From the NCBI GenBank assembly GCA_045106275.1, contig JBGCEK010000005.1, forward strand, positions 89 to 64,088: DNA of 64,000 nucleotides, read 5' to 3'. Of the stretch, positions 28,843-38,298 are shown piece by piece. Source of the stretch: Pseudohongiellaceae bacterium (GTDB lineage: Bacteria; Pseudomonadota; Gammaproteobacteria; Pseudomonadales; Pseudohongiellaceae). Position 1 is the first letter of the stretch. Each line of letters starts with the position of its first letter. A program made the translations under genes and the position numbers. A model generated the notes under the pieces. That model searched no databases, was not told the origin of the DNA, and saw nothing but the letters and a program-made list of their open reading frames with translations.

Positions 28843-29844
28843 ATGACTGAACCTACTGAATCAAATTCTGCGGAAGACACCAGCGACATCAGCCAGGAAA
28901 ACGCCCCTAAGAAAAAAGGCGGCCCTCTAGGCAGGATTATCTTCTTAGCAATTACTGCTGCCTGCTTCGCTTACTTGTATTTTCGATTAAACGGCGCAGC
29001 AGCGAGAGAAGGCCTTGGGCTTATAGAATACATGAGTAATGTATTTTCGACGGTTGACTGGGTACCGTGGCTGGGATTAATGATTTGCTACTCTTTATTC
29101 TACTTTGTCATCGATACTCTTGTGGTTACCAAAGCGATGAATTGGTTTATCTCAGATATCAAGTACAAAGATATCCTGCCGGTTCGCGCGAGCGCCTACA
29201 TCATTTCAATTTTTAACGAGCAAATTGGTAAAGGTGCCATGGCCTTCTACCTCAATAAGCGCCATCAAATACCGGGCTGGGAAGTAGGTTCGGTAATGCT
29301 GTTTATCATGTTTTGTGAAATTTTTTACTTATTGATTTGGGCGACCATTGGCTTTGCTTTTGGCGGCGGTAGTCTACCGGAAGTTTTCTCAATAATGCCT
29401 TATATTAGCGCCGGTGCAGCTGTGGTATTGGTTGTATGGGTGTTGTATTTCCAAGGAACAATCCTACCCAACAATAAATTTCGCGAAAAGCGTGTGCTAC
29501 ATGCATTCAACAAAGCAAAACCTTGGCACTACGCGGCCTTCTTTTTGCTCCGATCTCCAGCTCTTTTGGCGGCGATCATTGTATACACAGTAGCCCTCAA
29601 CCTATTTGGAGTGGAAGCCTCTTTCCTGACTTTACTGCCGTTTTTGCCGGTAATCTTTTTTGCCGCTGCAGTACCAACACCCATGCGCGCCGCTGCGATC
29701 ACTTTCTGGGTGATCCTTTTTCCAGACAACGAAGGGCAAATGGCCGCTTTCGGGTTTGTGCAACACAATTTCTTTATTTTGTTTAATGCTGCAATTGGTC
29801 TTATATTTTGGCGCAAAGCCCAAAAAGATCTCTTTAGCGACTAA
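28843..29844 (+). CDS. multi-pass membrane protein, probably flippase-like/lysyl-PG-synthase TM-region family (UPF0104)
   Basis: Charged N-terminus with a KKKGGP motif, then ~8 TM helices. The start is 3 nt after the preceding stop. The family assignment is from overall architecture only. Confidence 0.55.
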   Translation: MTEPTESNSAEDTSDISQENAPKKKGGPLGRIIFLAITAACFAYLYFRLNGAAAREGLGLIEYMSNVFSTVDWVPWLGLMICYSLFYFVIDTLVVTKAMNWFISDIKYKDILPVRASAYIISIFNEQIGKGAMAFYLNKRHQIPGWEVGSVMLFIMFCEIFYLLIWATIGFAFGGGSLPEVFSIMPYISAGAAVVLVVWVLYFQGTILPNNKFREKRVLHAFNKAKPWHYAAFFLLRSPALLAAIIVYTVALNLFGVEASFLTLLPFLPVIFFAAAVPTPMRAAAITFWVILFPDNEGQMAAFGFVQHNFFILFNAAIGLIFWRKAQKDLFSD

Positions 29845-30383
29845 TGGCAAATTTTTTAACGGCCCTGCGGCTAATTTTGATAATGCCGATTGCGTACGGA
29901 TTGGCGAACCCCGGCTCCATGCCGGGGTTTTGGATAGTCATTCTTTTATTACTCGCCATTGCTAGCGACTTCTTGGATGGCAAAGTTGCGAGAGCACTTG
30001 GTACTGCCTCTGCGAGGGGGATGCTGTTCGATCACAGTACGGATTTTCTTTTTGTTACCTCCACGATGCTGGCTTTGGCTTTTGCCGGTATTCTTCCTTT
30101 CCTACTTCCGCTCCTAGTAATCATCGCGTTCAGTCAATACGTCCTGGACTCCTATCTTTGGTTCAAACAGAAACAATTAAAAATGAGTTTCTTAGGGCGT
30201 TGGAATGGAGTTTTCTATTTTGGACCTGCTTTGCTGTTTGCTCTGGCGTTAATCCCAACAACCAGCTCGATCCAAAATTTCTTCCAAGGATGTAGCCTAC
30301 TATTGGCCTATGGACTGATTGTTTCCACCGTACTATCTATCGCTGATAGAAGCCTCGCTCCTTTGCTTCAAAAAGAGTCTTAA
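29844..30383 (+). CDS. CDP-alcohol phosphatidyltransferase family protein
   Basis: Exact family motif D-G-x2-A-R-x8-G-x3-D-x3-D in DFLDGKVARALGTASARGMLFDHSTD. The start overlaps the upstream stop (TAATG). Confidence 0.85.
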   Translation: MANFLTALRLILIMPIAYGLANPGSMPGFWIVILLLLAIASDFLDGKVARALGTASARGMLFDHSTDFLFVTSTMLALAFAGILPFLLPLLVIIAFSQYVLDSYLWFKQKQLKMSFLGRWNGVFYFGPALLFALALIPTTSSIQNFFQGCSLLLAYGLIVSTVLSIADRSLAPLLQKES

Positions 30384-30399
30384 GCTCTTTTAAATTGAA

Positions 30400-32049
30400 C
30401 TAAGGTGTAAAGACACTCGTTTGGCTCTGCTTATAGCCTAGGCGATGAGCGATTGCGGCGACACGCTGTCCCTCATCCAAGCTGATCGGTTGGTTATAAA
30501 CTTGCCAACGATCTGACACTGTCTCTTCTTCTGACAACAGTTGGTAACCGATAGACGCACCTTCCGTGACAGTGTGAAGTGTGAGTTCTCTCCCCTCAAC
30601 TCTAAATTCTATCGGCCCGGTTATTGGTTGGATTTTTCCCGGCCAAACCGATTCAATGTAGTCAGCTTCCGGCATCAGACCTTTGTCTTGAATTTCGATC
30701 ATCCAACGGTCCATTTCCTGCCTCAATTCAATGAGCTTAGAAGCGTAAACGGGATCTCCGGCAAGATTCACCAACTCGTGCGGGTCGTTTGCTGTATCAA
30801 ACAGTTCTTCTTCATCCTTACTCCCTCTGAACCACTGAGCTTGAACAGCGTTAAGTTCTCCCGCGTCCCGGAGTCGCAGCAATTCTTGCATAATAGGCAT
30901 TTGTTCTCGGTATCTAAGCGGCAAGTAATACGGTTTTTCTGGATTGAAATTGCGTAAGTACTTGAACCGACCATCACCCACTGCCCTTATGGTGTCTGTC
31001 ACACTGTCAAAGCGATCAGCCGCAGCATGGATATAGTGACGAGGCTTTTGCTCTTCAAAGCTCCCAAGAAAAGCACGCCCATCTAAATCATTCGGCGGTT
31101 GAATGTTAGCGAGGGATAGAATTGTAGATTTAAAATCAACGAAACTGATTAACTGAGAATCACTTTCGCCGGCACGGTATTTATTCGGAAACCTCACAAT
31201 CAGAGGCAACCTCAGCCCAGAGTCGTAAAGTAACCTTTTCTGCCGAGGGAGCGGCCCCCCGTGATCCGTATACCAAAAGATTACCGTTTCTTCGAGCAGT
31301 CCATCTTCTTCCAGCTGATCTAAGATTTCACCGACCTGCTGATCCATCGCTACAATATTTGAATACACTTGACGGATATCTTGCTTAGCTATGTCCGTCT
31401 TCGGTAAATAAGGTGGAACTGGCACCTCCAAATCTTCATCCACAAGCAACGGATTGTTTGCCTGATTCCAAACCTGGGACTCATGAGTAATGCCAAAATT
31501 AAATATAGAAAAAAAAGGCTGACCTGGCGCCCTGTTACGCCAATGAGCGCTGGCGCTACTGTCATCCCAGGCCATCACAGGTGCTTCAAATTGATAGTCT
31601 TCTTTTGCGTTATTGGATGTGTAATAGCCTGCTTCTCTAAAATACTGACTATGCATCTTTACGGTGGCTGGGGGAACAGCCTCATAGGGCACGAAGCCAT
31701 CAGGTGCAAAACCGGCGAGACCTGAGGTACGCATATGCTGGGCACCAATTCTATTCTGATACATGCCTGTCGCGATCGCCGCCCGGCTAGGAGCACACAC
31801 ACCAGAGCTAGAAAAAACCTGCGTGAATCGGACACCTTCGTCTGCCAGCCGGCTTAGGTTAGGAGTTTCAACAGTCTCATCCCCAAAGGGCGGAATAATG
31901 GGGCTTAAATCTTCGGCCACTAGCCATAAAATGTTCGGAGTATTCAGTGACAATGGAACATCAAGCCCTGCCTCTTCTTTTGGCTCAGAGCCTCCACAGG
32001 ACAGCAGCGTAACAGCGATGGCAATGGCTAATCCTACTAATTTTCTCAT
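30400..32049 (-). CDS. Cys-type sulfatase (arylsulfatase family), probable lipoprotein
   Basis: Formylglycine motif C-x-P-S-R-xxxx-TG (SSGVCAPSRAAIATG), lipobox-like LLSCGG, and metal-binding regions NILWLVAEDL and WYTDHGG. Confidence 0.9.
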   Translation of the reverse strand: MRKLVGLAIAIAVTLLSCGGSEPKEEAGLDVPLSLNTPNILWLVAEDLSPIIPPFGDETVETPNLSRLADEGVRFTQVFSSSGVCAPSRAAIATGMYQNRIGAQHMRTSGLAGFAPDGFVPYEAVPPATVKMHSQYFREAGYYTSNNAKEDYQFEAPVMAWDDSSASAHWRNRAPGQPFFSIFNFGITHESQVWNQANNPLLVDEDLEVPVPPYLPKTDIAKQDIRQVYSNIVAMDQQVGEILDQLEEDGLLEETVIFWYTDHGGPLPRQKRLLYDSGLRLPLIVRFPNKYRAGESDSQLISFVDFKSTILSLANIQPPNDLDGRAFLGSFEEQKPRHYIHAAADRFDSVTDTIRAVGDGRFKYLRNFNPEKPYYLPLRYREQMPIMQELLRLRDAGELNAVQAQWFRGSKDEEELFDTANDPHELVNLAGDPVYASKLIELRQEMDRWMIEIQDKGLMPEADYIESVWPGKIQPITGPIEFRVEGRELTLHTVTEGASIGYQLLSEEETVSDRWQVYNQPISLDEGQRVAAIAHRLGYKQSQTSVFTP

Positions 32050-32066
32050 TTTAGCAGCCTACGCCG

Positions 32067-33380
32067 TTAGGCTAATTTCTTCATTGCATCGACGAGCACA
32101 CCAATCTCATCTGCAGATGTGAATACTTGAGGAGTAATTCGAACGCAGCTGCCACTGGCCAACCCAACCCGAATAACCGTGAATATGCCGAACTCTTTTT
32201 CTAGGCGCTGCTGTAATTCTTGGGAATCTGCTACGGTATTTTTGCCAGGTAACCGAAAAGATGCCATGCCAGTCCAAGACTCTTCATCCAGCCCTCCGAG
32301 TAATTCAATATGACTCATAGTTTCAGCTTCGGTAGTCCAAAGTTGCCTCAAATATCGCAACCTAGCTTCTTTATTTGCACCTCCTATTGATTCATGGAAA
32401 TCGATAGCATGGGGTATGGTGATAATAGATGCGAAATTTGAAGTCGCCATGTGCACGCGCTTGGATGCTTGGGAGTTTTCAAGATCACTTTCTCCTGGGT
32501 AAGGAGAAATTTTCTCCAATGACCCCTTCTTCATATATAGCGCGCCTACCCCGACTGGAGAACCTATCCATTTATGTAAATTGAATCCTGCCCAATCAAC
32601 CTTAAGGTCTGAAATTTTGTAGTCCAACAAACCCCATGATTGCGCACTGTCGCAGATTACATCAATGCCCCGCGCTTTAGCCTCTGCGGCGATATCTGCC
32701 ACAGGCACTACCAGTCCGTGCTGGTTGCTAACATGAGTAATCAACATCAATTTGAGATTGGGGTTGGCGTCAAATGCAGCAACGTACATGGCCAAAATTT
32801 GTGCCTGAGTGGCTCTTTGAGGTATTTCTACAGCCACTGAATTAACCCCATAGGCTTTCTCCAACCAGACCATGGTTTCCTTAAAGCTTGGGTAATCTAA
32901 ATCTGCATAGAGAACTGAGTCATTGGGATTTAAACCTACATATTGTCTAATAAGGTTATGAATGGCCTCAGTGGCGTTTCGTGTGATAACAATTTCTTCA
33001 TCATCCGCTCCCAACGCCTTCGCTATTCGATGACCACTAAAGCTGGCATCCTCGCCATATCCCTTGCGCGCATAAAATGAATTTTGAGCATTGATCATCT
33101 TTGTCGCTGCCACAAAGGCGTCTTGAACCGGATGGGCCATCTTGCCCCAGTATCCGTGCTCTAAATTGACTATACCTTCTGTCCGATCATAGTAGCCGGC
33201 AACCTCTCTCCAAAAGCTTTCATCTTTTGCTAAAGCCGAAGCACCTGCCGATTCTGAAGGGCTGGGGAGGTTCGGTTTCTGAGGTTTAGCGGACACGATC
33301 CCAGAAAGCCCTAGAGCCGCACCTGACGCCATAGCACTTAAAACATTTCGTCTTGTTAAACCCACCTTCTTAACTTCCAT
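32067..33380 (-). CDS. Tat-exported PLP-dependent class V aminotransferase-fold enzyme (cysteine desulfurase/isopenicillin-N epimerase-like)
   Basis: Twin-arginine signal (LTRRNVLSAMASGAALGLSG). PLP-lysine region FNLHKWIGSPVGVGAL, with ITHVSNQHGLV upstream. Confidence 0.75.
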   Translation of the reverse strand: MEVKKVGLTRRNVLSAMASGAALGLSGIVSAKPQKPNLPSPSESAGASALAKDESFWREVAGYYDRTEGIVNLEHGYWGKMAHPVQDAFVAATKMINAQNSFYARKGYGEDASFSGHRIAKALGADDEEIVITRNATEAIHNLIRQYVGLNPNDSVLYADLDYPSFKETMVWLEKAYGVNSVAVEIPQRATQAQILAMYVAAFDANPNLKLMLITHVSNQHGLVVPVADIAAEAKARGIDVICDSAQSWGLLDYKISDLKVDWAGFNLHKWIGSPVGVGALYMKKGSLEKISPYPGESDLENSQASKRVHMATSNFASIITIPHAIDFHESIGGANKEARLRYLRQLWTTEAETMSHIELLGGLDEESWTGMASFRLPGKNTVADSQELQQRLEKEFGIFTVIRVGLASGSCVRITPQVFTSADEIGVLVDAMKKLA

Positions 33381-33626
33381 GACAATCCTCGGTCAAAATT
33401 AACAGTGATTTTTAGCGTACGCTGGGTTCTATAGAAAAGCCACACTATTTGAGTGGCCTACTCCATCGATAGGCTGCAAGCCAGAAAAATAAAATTGTAG
33501 TATTGATAAATCCAGCAGTTTTTACCCAAAAAATTCGCTGGCTATTCAAAATAGTCACACATTTGTCACTGAAACACACTAAAGTAAACGCTCGAAAAGT
33601 AAGCCAAAAGAAGAGGCTCTAGCACT

Positions 33627-34850
33627 ATGTTTATTAGCCCCCTATGTTATTTTCACAATCGATTGGAATTTCTAACAGCCCACCTATCTCGACTTTTCGT
33701 TGCTTCGTTCCTCACTTGCCCATTGCTGGTTTTATTCAGTGCCGTTCCCTTGACAGCAACGTTTGCTCAAGAAACTTGTCCCAACGACAGAGATATTGAA
33801 CGGTTTTGCAGGGCACAAATTGACTCGTTTCCCATGAACTTTATCCAAACCGTGGGTTCTCATAATAGCTATAAGCAGGCCATTCCCGAAGCTGAGCTTG
33901 CATTAATCAGACAGTATCGAGAAACATCCGCCATTACCTTGGACTACAGCCACAGCACCTTGACTGATCAACTTAACCGAGGGATGCGTCAGATCGAGCT
34001 TGATATCCTCTATGACCCCGCAGGGGGACGCTATGCTGATCCCCTGCTAGCTAAACAAACCCGGGGTTTGAAAGGGTCAGAAAAATACAACAGTTCTCAA
34101 ATGCAGGCACCTGGTTTCAAAGTGCTTCATGCGCAAGACTTAGATGTTAGGTCCAGCTGTGCCACTTGGATTTCATGCTTAACCGAAATTAAATCCTGGT
34201 CTCAGAAGAACCCCTCTCATATTCCGATTTTAATACTGTTCAATGCAAAAACTGGCGGGTCAGCCTACCCCGAATCTCTCACAGCCCTCCCATTCGACAG
34301 TGCCGCATTCGAGGCCCTAGATGCGGAAATCCAATCTGTTTTTATGGCAGAGCAACTACTGACACCTGATGATGTAAGAGGCGACCACCCTACCCTGCGT
34401 GATGCCGTGCTGGCCAAAGGCTGGCCATCCCTGGCCAGCAGTCGAGGCAAGGTGTTTTTTGCACTCGATGAAGGGCCAGAAAAAGTGAAGATCTACAGCC
34501 GAGGTAACCCGTCCCTCGAAGGCTTACCTGTGTTCGTCAATTCAGTCAGCGAACATGCCGAACACGCAGCCTACTTCACAATCAACGATCCAATTCGTGA
34601 TCAGCTTCGGATTAGCGAAATGGTTACGCGCGGGTTTATCGTCCGCACTCGTGCCGATGCCAACACCTATGAAGCGCGCAATAACGAAACGAAGCGAAGA
34701 CAAGCTGCTTTTGATTCAGGAGCCCAATATATTTCGACGGATTACTACCTGCCGCGCCCAGATTTTAGCGATTACAGCGTTTCTTTGAAAAATGGCATTA
34801 TCGCACGCTGCAATCCCATTCTTTTAATTGAAGCTTGCTCGCGGCCTTAG
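33627..34850 (+). CDS. secreted PLC-like phosphodiesterase (Ca2+-dependent PI-PLC-like family)
   Basis: Hydrophobic N-terminus. The VGSHNSYK catalytic-His region followed by RQIELDILYDP is typical of PI-PLC X-domain/TIM-barrel phosphodiesterases. Confidence 0.6.
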   Translation: MFISPLCYFHNRLEFLTAHLSRLFVASFLTCPLLVLFSAVPLTATFAQETCPNDRDIERFCRAQIDSFPMNFIQTVGSHNSYKQAIPEAELALIRQYRETSAITLDYSHSTLTDQLNRGMRQIELDILYDPAGGRYADPLLAKQTRGLKGSEKYNSSQMQAPGFKVLHAQDLDVRSSCATWISCLTEIKSWSQKNPSHIPILILFNAKTGGSAYPESLTALPFDSAAFEALDAEIQSVFMAEQLLTPDDVRGDHPTLRDAVLAKGWPSLASSRGKVFFALDEGPEKVKIYSRGNPSLEGLPVFVNSVSEHAEHAAYFTINDPIRDQLRISEMVTRGFIVRTRADANTYEARNNETKRRQAAFDSGAQYISTDYYLPRPDFSDYSVSLKNGIIARCNPILLIEACSRP

Positions 34851-35003
34851 CGCTTGGCCTTTAACAAACCAAGTCATCAGTGCTTTAATGGGGGGTGGTT
34901 TCACTTCTGAGAGCCTTACGCAATCTCCATTGAAGCCTATTTTATTATTAACTAACAACCTATCCACGGCGATTCTTTTCGATGATGCCAGAATGGAGCT
35001 CAA

Positions 35004-35570
35004 ATGCCGATTGATGTAGTGATTACTCTGAACGATGATGACTTGGCAAAATTCCAAGACAGCATCGACAAAGGCAAACTAATTGTGAAAGACGCTGAGG
35101 CCTCTCGGAAAATCGAAGATGCCGCCTCCAAAATGATAGAAGAGTCCCAAGCATTAGACTTACCAAGTTTTGTCTCAGAGCGACTATTGAAATTGAGAAT
35201 ACTGCTCAACATGGTTCGCGATGATGAATGGCAACTTTCAGAAGAAGAAAAAATTAGCATTAGAGGGGCGCTGTATTATTTTGTCGACCCTGAAGATGTA
35301 ATCCCCGACCATATTCCGGTTATTGGTTTTCTTGATGATGCCATGTATGCGGAGATTGTGTTTAAAGAACTGAAAACCGAAATCAAGCTGTATCAAGAGT
35401 TTTGCCAGTTCCGTATTGGCGAGGAAAACCGGCGCCGCGAGCAAGGTCTCGAATTACATGTGGCAAGAGAGGACTGGATTGCTGATAAACGGGCAGTACT
35501 ACACGCACGAATGAGAGAGCGCCGACTTTTAAGAACCGGTGGCCGCGGTCTGCGGATGCGATTGTTTTGA
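35004..35570 (+). CDS. DUF1232 (YkvA-like) domain protein, paralog of 23216-23779
   Basis: DVIPDHIPVIGFLDDAMYAEIVF core. The N-terminus MPIDVVITLNDDDLAKF matches MPLDITFTLSDRDLERF of the paralog. Confidence 0.7.
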   Translation: MPIDVVITLNDDDLAKFQDSIDKGKLIVKDAEASRKIEDAASKMIEESQALDLPSFVSERLLKLRILLNMVRDDEWQLSEEEKISIRGALYYFVDPEDVIPDHIPVIGFLDDAMYAEIVFKELKTEIKLYQEFCQFRIGEENRRREQGLELHVAREDWIADKRAVLHARMRERRLLRTGGRGLRMRLF

Positions 35571-35610
35571 ATGATATAATTGCTGAGAAAATTTTTTTGG
35601 GAGTAGTTTT

Positions 35611-36924
35611 ATGCGTTTAGTAGTGGCTGGGTTTATCGTTTGTTTCACCGGAATGATAGGCACCATACAGGCCCAGCAAAATGTTGTGCCAATAGATCCT
35701 GAATTTAAAAATATTTTTTCTGAGTTAATGCAAAATCAGGCTGTCCAAGACGGACTAGACTACATTCTAGCCCGCGAACCGTCCTACATCGATGAGCAGT
35801 TCAGGCTTACTGAAATCCCAGCACCGCCGTTCAAAGAACAAAAACGTGCTGCTTATTTTCTTGAACAGATGAAAGCGCGCGGTCTTTCTGACGCCTACAT
35901 TGACAGCGAGGGAAACGCCGTTGGTATCAGAAAAGGACGCGGAAACGGACCGACTTTCCTCATATCTGCGCACCTCGACACAGTTTTTCCTGAAGGCGTA
36001 GATACGTCTGTCGAGCTGCGTGGAGGACGTTACTACGCTCCCGGTATCGGCGACGACACGAGAGGACTTGCAGCGTTACTTTCGCTAATTGATGCACTGA
36101 ACAATAGCGGGATAGAAACAGCTGGCGATATTATATTTGCAGGTAATGTGGGCGAAGAAGGTCGTGGCGATTTAAGAGGAATTAAAGCGCTGTTCAGGGA
36201 CTTCCCTCAAATAGACGGGTTTGTATCAATAGATGGGGTTAGGCTTAGACGAATTACAACGGGCGGCACTGGCAGCAGGCGCTTTGAATTTCATTTTAAA
36301 GGCCCAGGCGGGCATTCTTTTGGCGCGTTTGGTTTAGCAAGTGCAATTCACGCAATGGGTCGGGCAATCGCAAAAATTGCTGATATTGAGACCCCGCTAT
36401 ATCCCAAAACCACTTACACCGTTGGCACTGTACAAGGAGGCACTTCGGTGAATTCCATCGCCGCCGACGCAATCTTTGCTTTAGACATGCGTTCCAATGA
36501 TAAACAGGAATTAGCCAAGCTCGAACAGCAAATTAAAGCAGCCGCTTTAGAAGCCGTAGCTGAAGAAAATGCCCGCTGGAACGATGGAAAAATAACTGTG
36601 GACTTCAATTTGATTGGGGATCGTCCTGTCGGTAAAACTCCAGCATCTAGCCCCATAGTGCAAGTGGCTGCAATGGCCTTCGATGAAATTGGTTTGCCCT
36701 TAGATCAGCTTAGTATCTCAAGCACGGATTCAAATGTGCCAATGGCGCTGGGCATACCCGCTATTACCATCGCAGGCGGTGGAAACGGCGGTGGCGCCCA
36801 CTCACCTGATGAATGGTTTATTCCAACTGATTCTCATGTAGGGCCGCAAACGGCATTTTTAGTCACTCTCGCCCTTTCAGGAATTGCCGGCGAAGTTGAA
36901 GCGATACTCCAAGAACGAGACTAG
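35611..36924 (+). CDS. secreted M20 family metallopeptidase
   Basis: Signal peptide. Metal-ligand motifs SAHLDTVF, GIGDDTRG, GNVGEEGRGD and a C-terminal GGGAHSPDEW. Confidence 0.85.
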   Translation: MRLVVAGFIVCFTGMIGTIQAQQNVVPIDPEFKNIFSELMQNQAVQDGLDYILAREPSYIDEQFRLTEIPAPPFKEQKRAAYFLEQMKARGLSDAYIDSEGNAVGIRKGRGNGPTFLISAHLDTVFPEGVDTSVELRGGRYYAPGIGDDTRGLAALLSLIDALNNSGIETAGDIIFAGNVGEEGRGDLRGIKALFRDFPQIDGFVSIDGVRLRRITTGGTGSRRFEFHFKGPGGHSFGAFGLASAIHAMGRAIAKIADIETPLYPKTTYTVGTVQGGTSVNSIAADAIFALDMRSNDKQELAKLEQQIKAAALEAVAEENARWNDGKITVDFNLIGDRPVGKTPASSPIVQVAAMAFDEIGLPLDQLSISSTDSNVPMALGIPAITIAGGGNGGGAHSPDEWFIPTDSHVGPQTAFLVTLALSGIAGEVEAILQERD

Positions 36925-36987
36925 TCGCGTGCTATCAGGAATTGATACCTCCGGTAGCCTGCTACGCGTCAGATCTTTAGACCTTAG

Positions 36988-37575
36988 CTAATCGATATCT
37001 GCGCGCTTAGCCTTAAAGCCAAGTGGGTATTGAGGATACAATCTATAAAAAGCTGATAGGCTGAAGCTGTTTAACACTTTCTCGCTGTAACCACGACGCC
37101 GGTTTCTAAATTCTTCGTAGTTTTTGTAGCGTAGACTATGAAGGCAGTGTTTACACACTGTGAATCTTCGTGCAGTTAATAAATTCTCACCAGTGGCACT
37201 TAACTGCCTCAACTCATAGTCCTTACTAATTCTGGTTGTCGCCAACCACTTTTCGGCTGGCTTTTCCTTCGCCAGCTGTTCCAATTCACTGCAATTGGCA
37301 ACGTGATAGGTTGGCGTCACTGAAGAATTATTCGATTGCGCCTCATAGGGGGCATAAATTAACACCCGACTGTTTTTGAAAGCTAGGGTTTTATCTGGCA
37401 GTATCTTCAACTCACTCAATGCCAGAAAACGACCGCTCGAAGAAAGCTGTGAACGCTCCGCTCCATTCAAATGCTCAACTGGATCGAACAGTTCAAAATA
37501 ACCAAGCTGGGCGTTCCCCATTTTTTCCCGAAGAGAGTTAAAGGGAGCAAAGCTTTTGAAGTCAATAATTTTCAT
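36988..37575 (-). CDS. hypothetical soluble Cys/His protein, third gene of the MotAB-like operon (candidate effector)
   Basis: 195-aa ORF starting 12 nt downstream of the OmpA-like gene. No TM or signal peptide. Possible metal site H91/C95 (YHVANC) plus C141/C144/H146 (VCKHCLH), and a basic tail (RNRRRGYSEK, KAKRAD). No family recognised. Confidence 0.6.
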   Translation of the reverse strand: MKIIDFKSFAPFNSLREKMGNAQLGYFELFDPVEHLNGAERSQLSSSGRFLALSELKILPDKTLAFKNSRVLIYAPYEAQSNNSSVTPTYHVANCSELEQLAKEKPAEKWLATTRISKDYELRQLSATGENLLTARRFTVCKHCLHSLRYKNYEEFRNRRRGYSEKVLNSFSLSAFYRLYPQYPLGFKAKRADID

Positions 37576-37587
37576 AGAGAAGAAGGC

Positions 37588-38292
37588 TTAGTTCAATTCT
37601 TGGGTAATTCTGGAAAGTCGGGTTTCTGCATCTGTAACAACTACAAATTCAACCCTGCGAGAACTATCGGCATCCTCTTTGCCCTCTTCATCCAACACCA
37701 ATTGGGATGAAGACAGTCCATTAGCGGTTAATTTTTGACGCAGCCAGCCTTTATCATCGCTCACCTCATTCAAGCTGAGAAGCGTGCCAAGAGCCGCCCT
37801 CGTCCGTTCTTGCGATAGGGCCATATTACGCATGTAAGCATCATCACTACTACTCGCTTGGGACCATGAACTGGAAGTATGGCCCTCTATACGCACTTCC
37901 AGCACCTCATCGCGATAAGGTGCTGAGGTCAATATGTTCAAATAGCGGGGGAAAAAATCAGCCAAAATACTCACAAATTCTGGCCTAAGCTGAGAATCAC
38001 CTTCTTCGAACAGAAGCTCAGTATTGGTAAATCGAAATCTCAAATCCTCACTCAATGACGCTCCCCATTGAGGTAAATCTTCTTCAAACTCCCGCAACAA
38101 GTCTTGATACAGTTCTTCTTTTAAATCTTCGTAGAGTAAGACAACTTGTTCTATTTCTTCATTCTTCCGCTCTACGATGACTAGGTACAAAACAGCTATC
38201 AGCAAAAACAGCATCATCAAACCACTCATCAGATCGCTTACTGCGATCCAATGCTCTTCTGAATCATGTTCAATTTCGGATTCAAACATCAT
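37588..38292 (-). CDS. MotB/OmpA-family stator-like protein (ZorB-like architecture)
   Basis: Single N-terminal TM with a MotB-type conserved Asp (HWIAVSDLMSGLMMLFLLIAVL). C-terminal OmpA-like peptidoglycan-binding domain (LEVRIEGHTSS...NMALSQERTRAALGTLL...SRRVEFVVV). Confidence 0.8.
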   Translation of the reverse strand: MMFESEIEHDSEEHWIAVSDLMSGLMMLFLLIAVLYLVIVERKNEEIEQVVLLYEDLKEELYQDLLREFEEDLPQWGASLSEDLRFRFTNTELLFEEGDSQLRPEFVSILADFFPRYLNILTSAPYRDEVLEVRIEGHTSSSWSQASSSDDAYMRNMALSQERTRAALGTLLSLNEVSDDKGWLRQKLTANGLSSSQLVLDEEGKEDADSSRRVEFVVVTDAETRLSRITQELN

Positions 38293-38298
38293 CGGATT

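Noticed and set aside
34824-35260. ORFs 34824-35057 (-), 34828-35019 (+) and 35000-35260 (-) around the start of the second DUF1232 gene
   Set aside because: They are short, overlapping and antisense to, or out of frame with, well-supported neighbours (PLC-like gene end, DUF1232 gene).
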